In this document: piece by piece, positions 63,902-64,000 of the stretch | Layout: every line of letters begins with the position of its first letter | How positions within the stretch are numbered: the first letter of the stretch is position 1 | Assembly (NCBI GenBank): GCA_002633005.1 | Contig: NMRA01000166.1 | Location: forward strand, 634,381 to 698,380 | Reading direction: 5' to 3' | Source: Phoronis australis | Taxonomy: Eukaryota > Animalia > Phoronida | Length of the DNA stretch: 64,000 bases | The notes under the pieces: model-generated | Told to the model about the DNA's origin: nothing | The model's database searches: none | Seen by the model: the letters and a program-made list of their open reading frames with translations, nothing else | Position numbers and translations under genes: made by a program

Positions 63902-64000
63902 GGGGGGTGTAGCCCTCTTGGCCCCCCTCTAAATCCGCTATTGATGTCAAACTGCTAAAAACATCTGCCTTAAGTGTACACTTTTATTTGTTTTTTTTTT

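Overview
AT-rich, intron-containing animal (probably marine invertebrate) genomic DNA; no prokaryotic operons or CRISPR. Host genes assembled by hand from GT-AG junctions and reading frame: (1) last two coding exons of SAP18 (+, 1262-3520); (2) a complete 9-exon, 562-aa SLC22-family MFS transporter (+, 10437-21858); (3) an intronless type I membrane protein with two sushi/CCP-like domains (+, 24342-25439); (4) a disrupted receptor TM/cytoplasmic segment (+, ~29839-30460); (5) a 5-coding-exon minus-strand gene (45971-38560). Gene 5 is the highlight and is split up in the ORF track. It predicts a ~335-aa secreted precursor: signal peptide, five 25-aa repeats with 12 dibasic sites in total, then a glycosylated ~172-aa domain with three or four EF-hands. 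The rest is rich in mobile DNA: an Academ-like XPG/Cys8 relic, an RNase H-bearing LINE, a Penelope fragment with a hammerhead ribozyme, a hAT relic, a HIRAN-carrying TIR element, MITEs, a tRNA-derived SINE head and simple repeats. There is an assembly gap at 60971-61737. Family names come from motif recognition only; no searches were run. Repeat boundaries are approximate.
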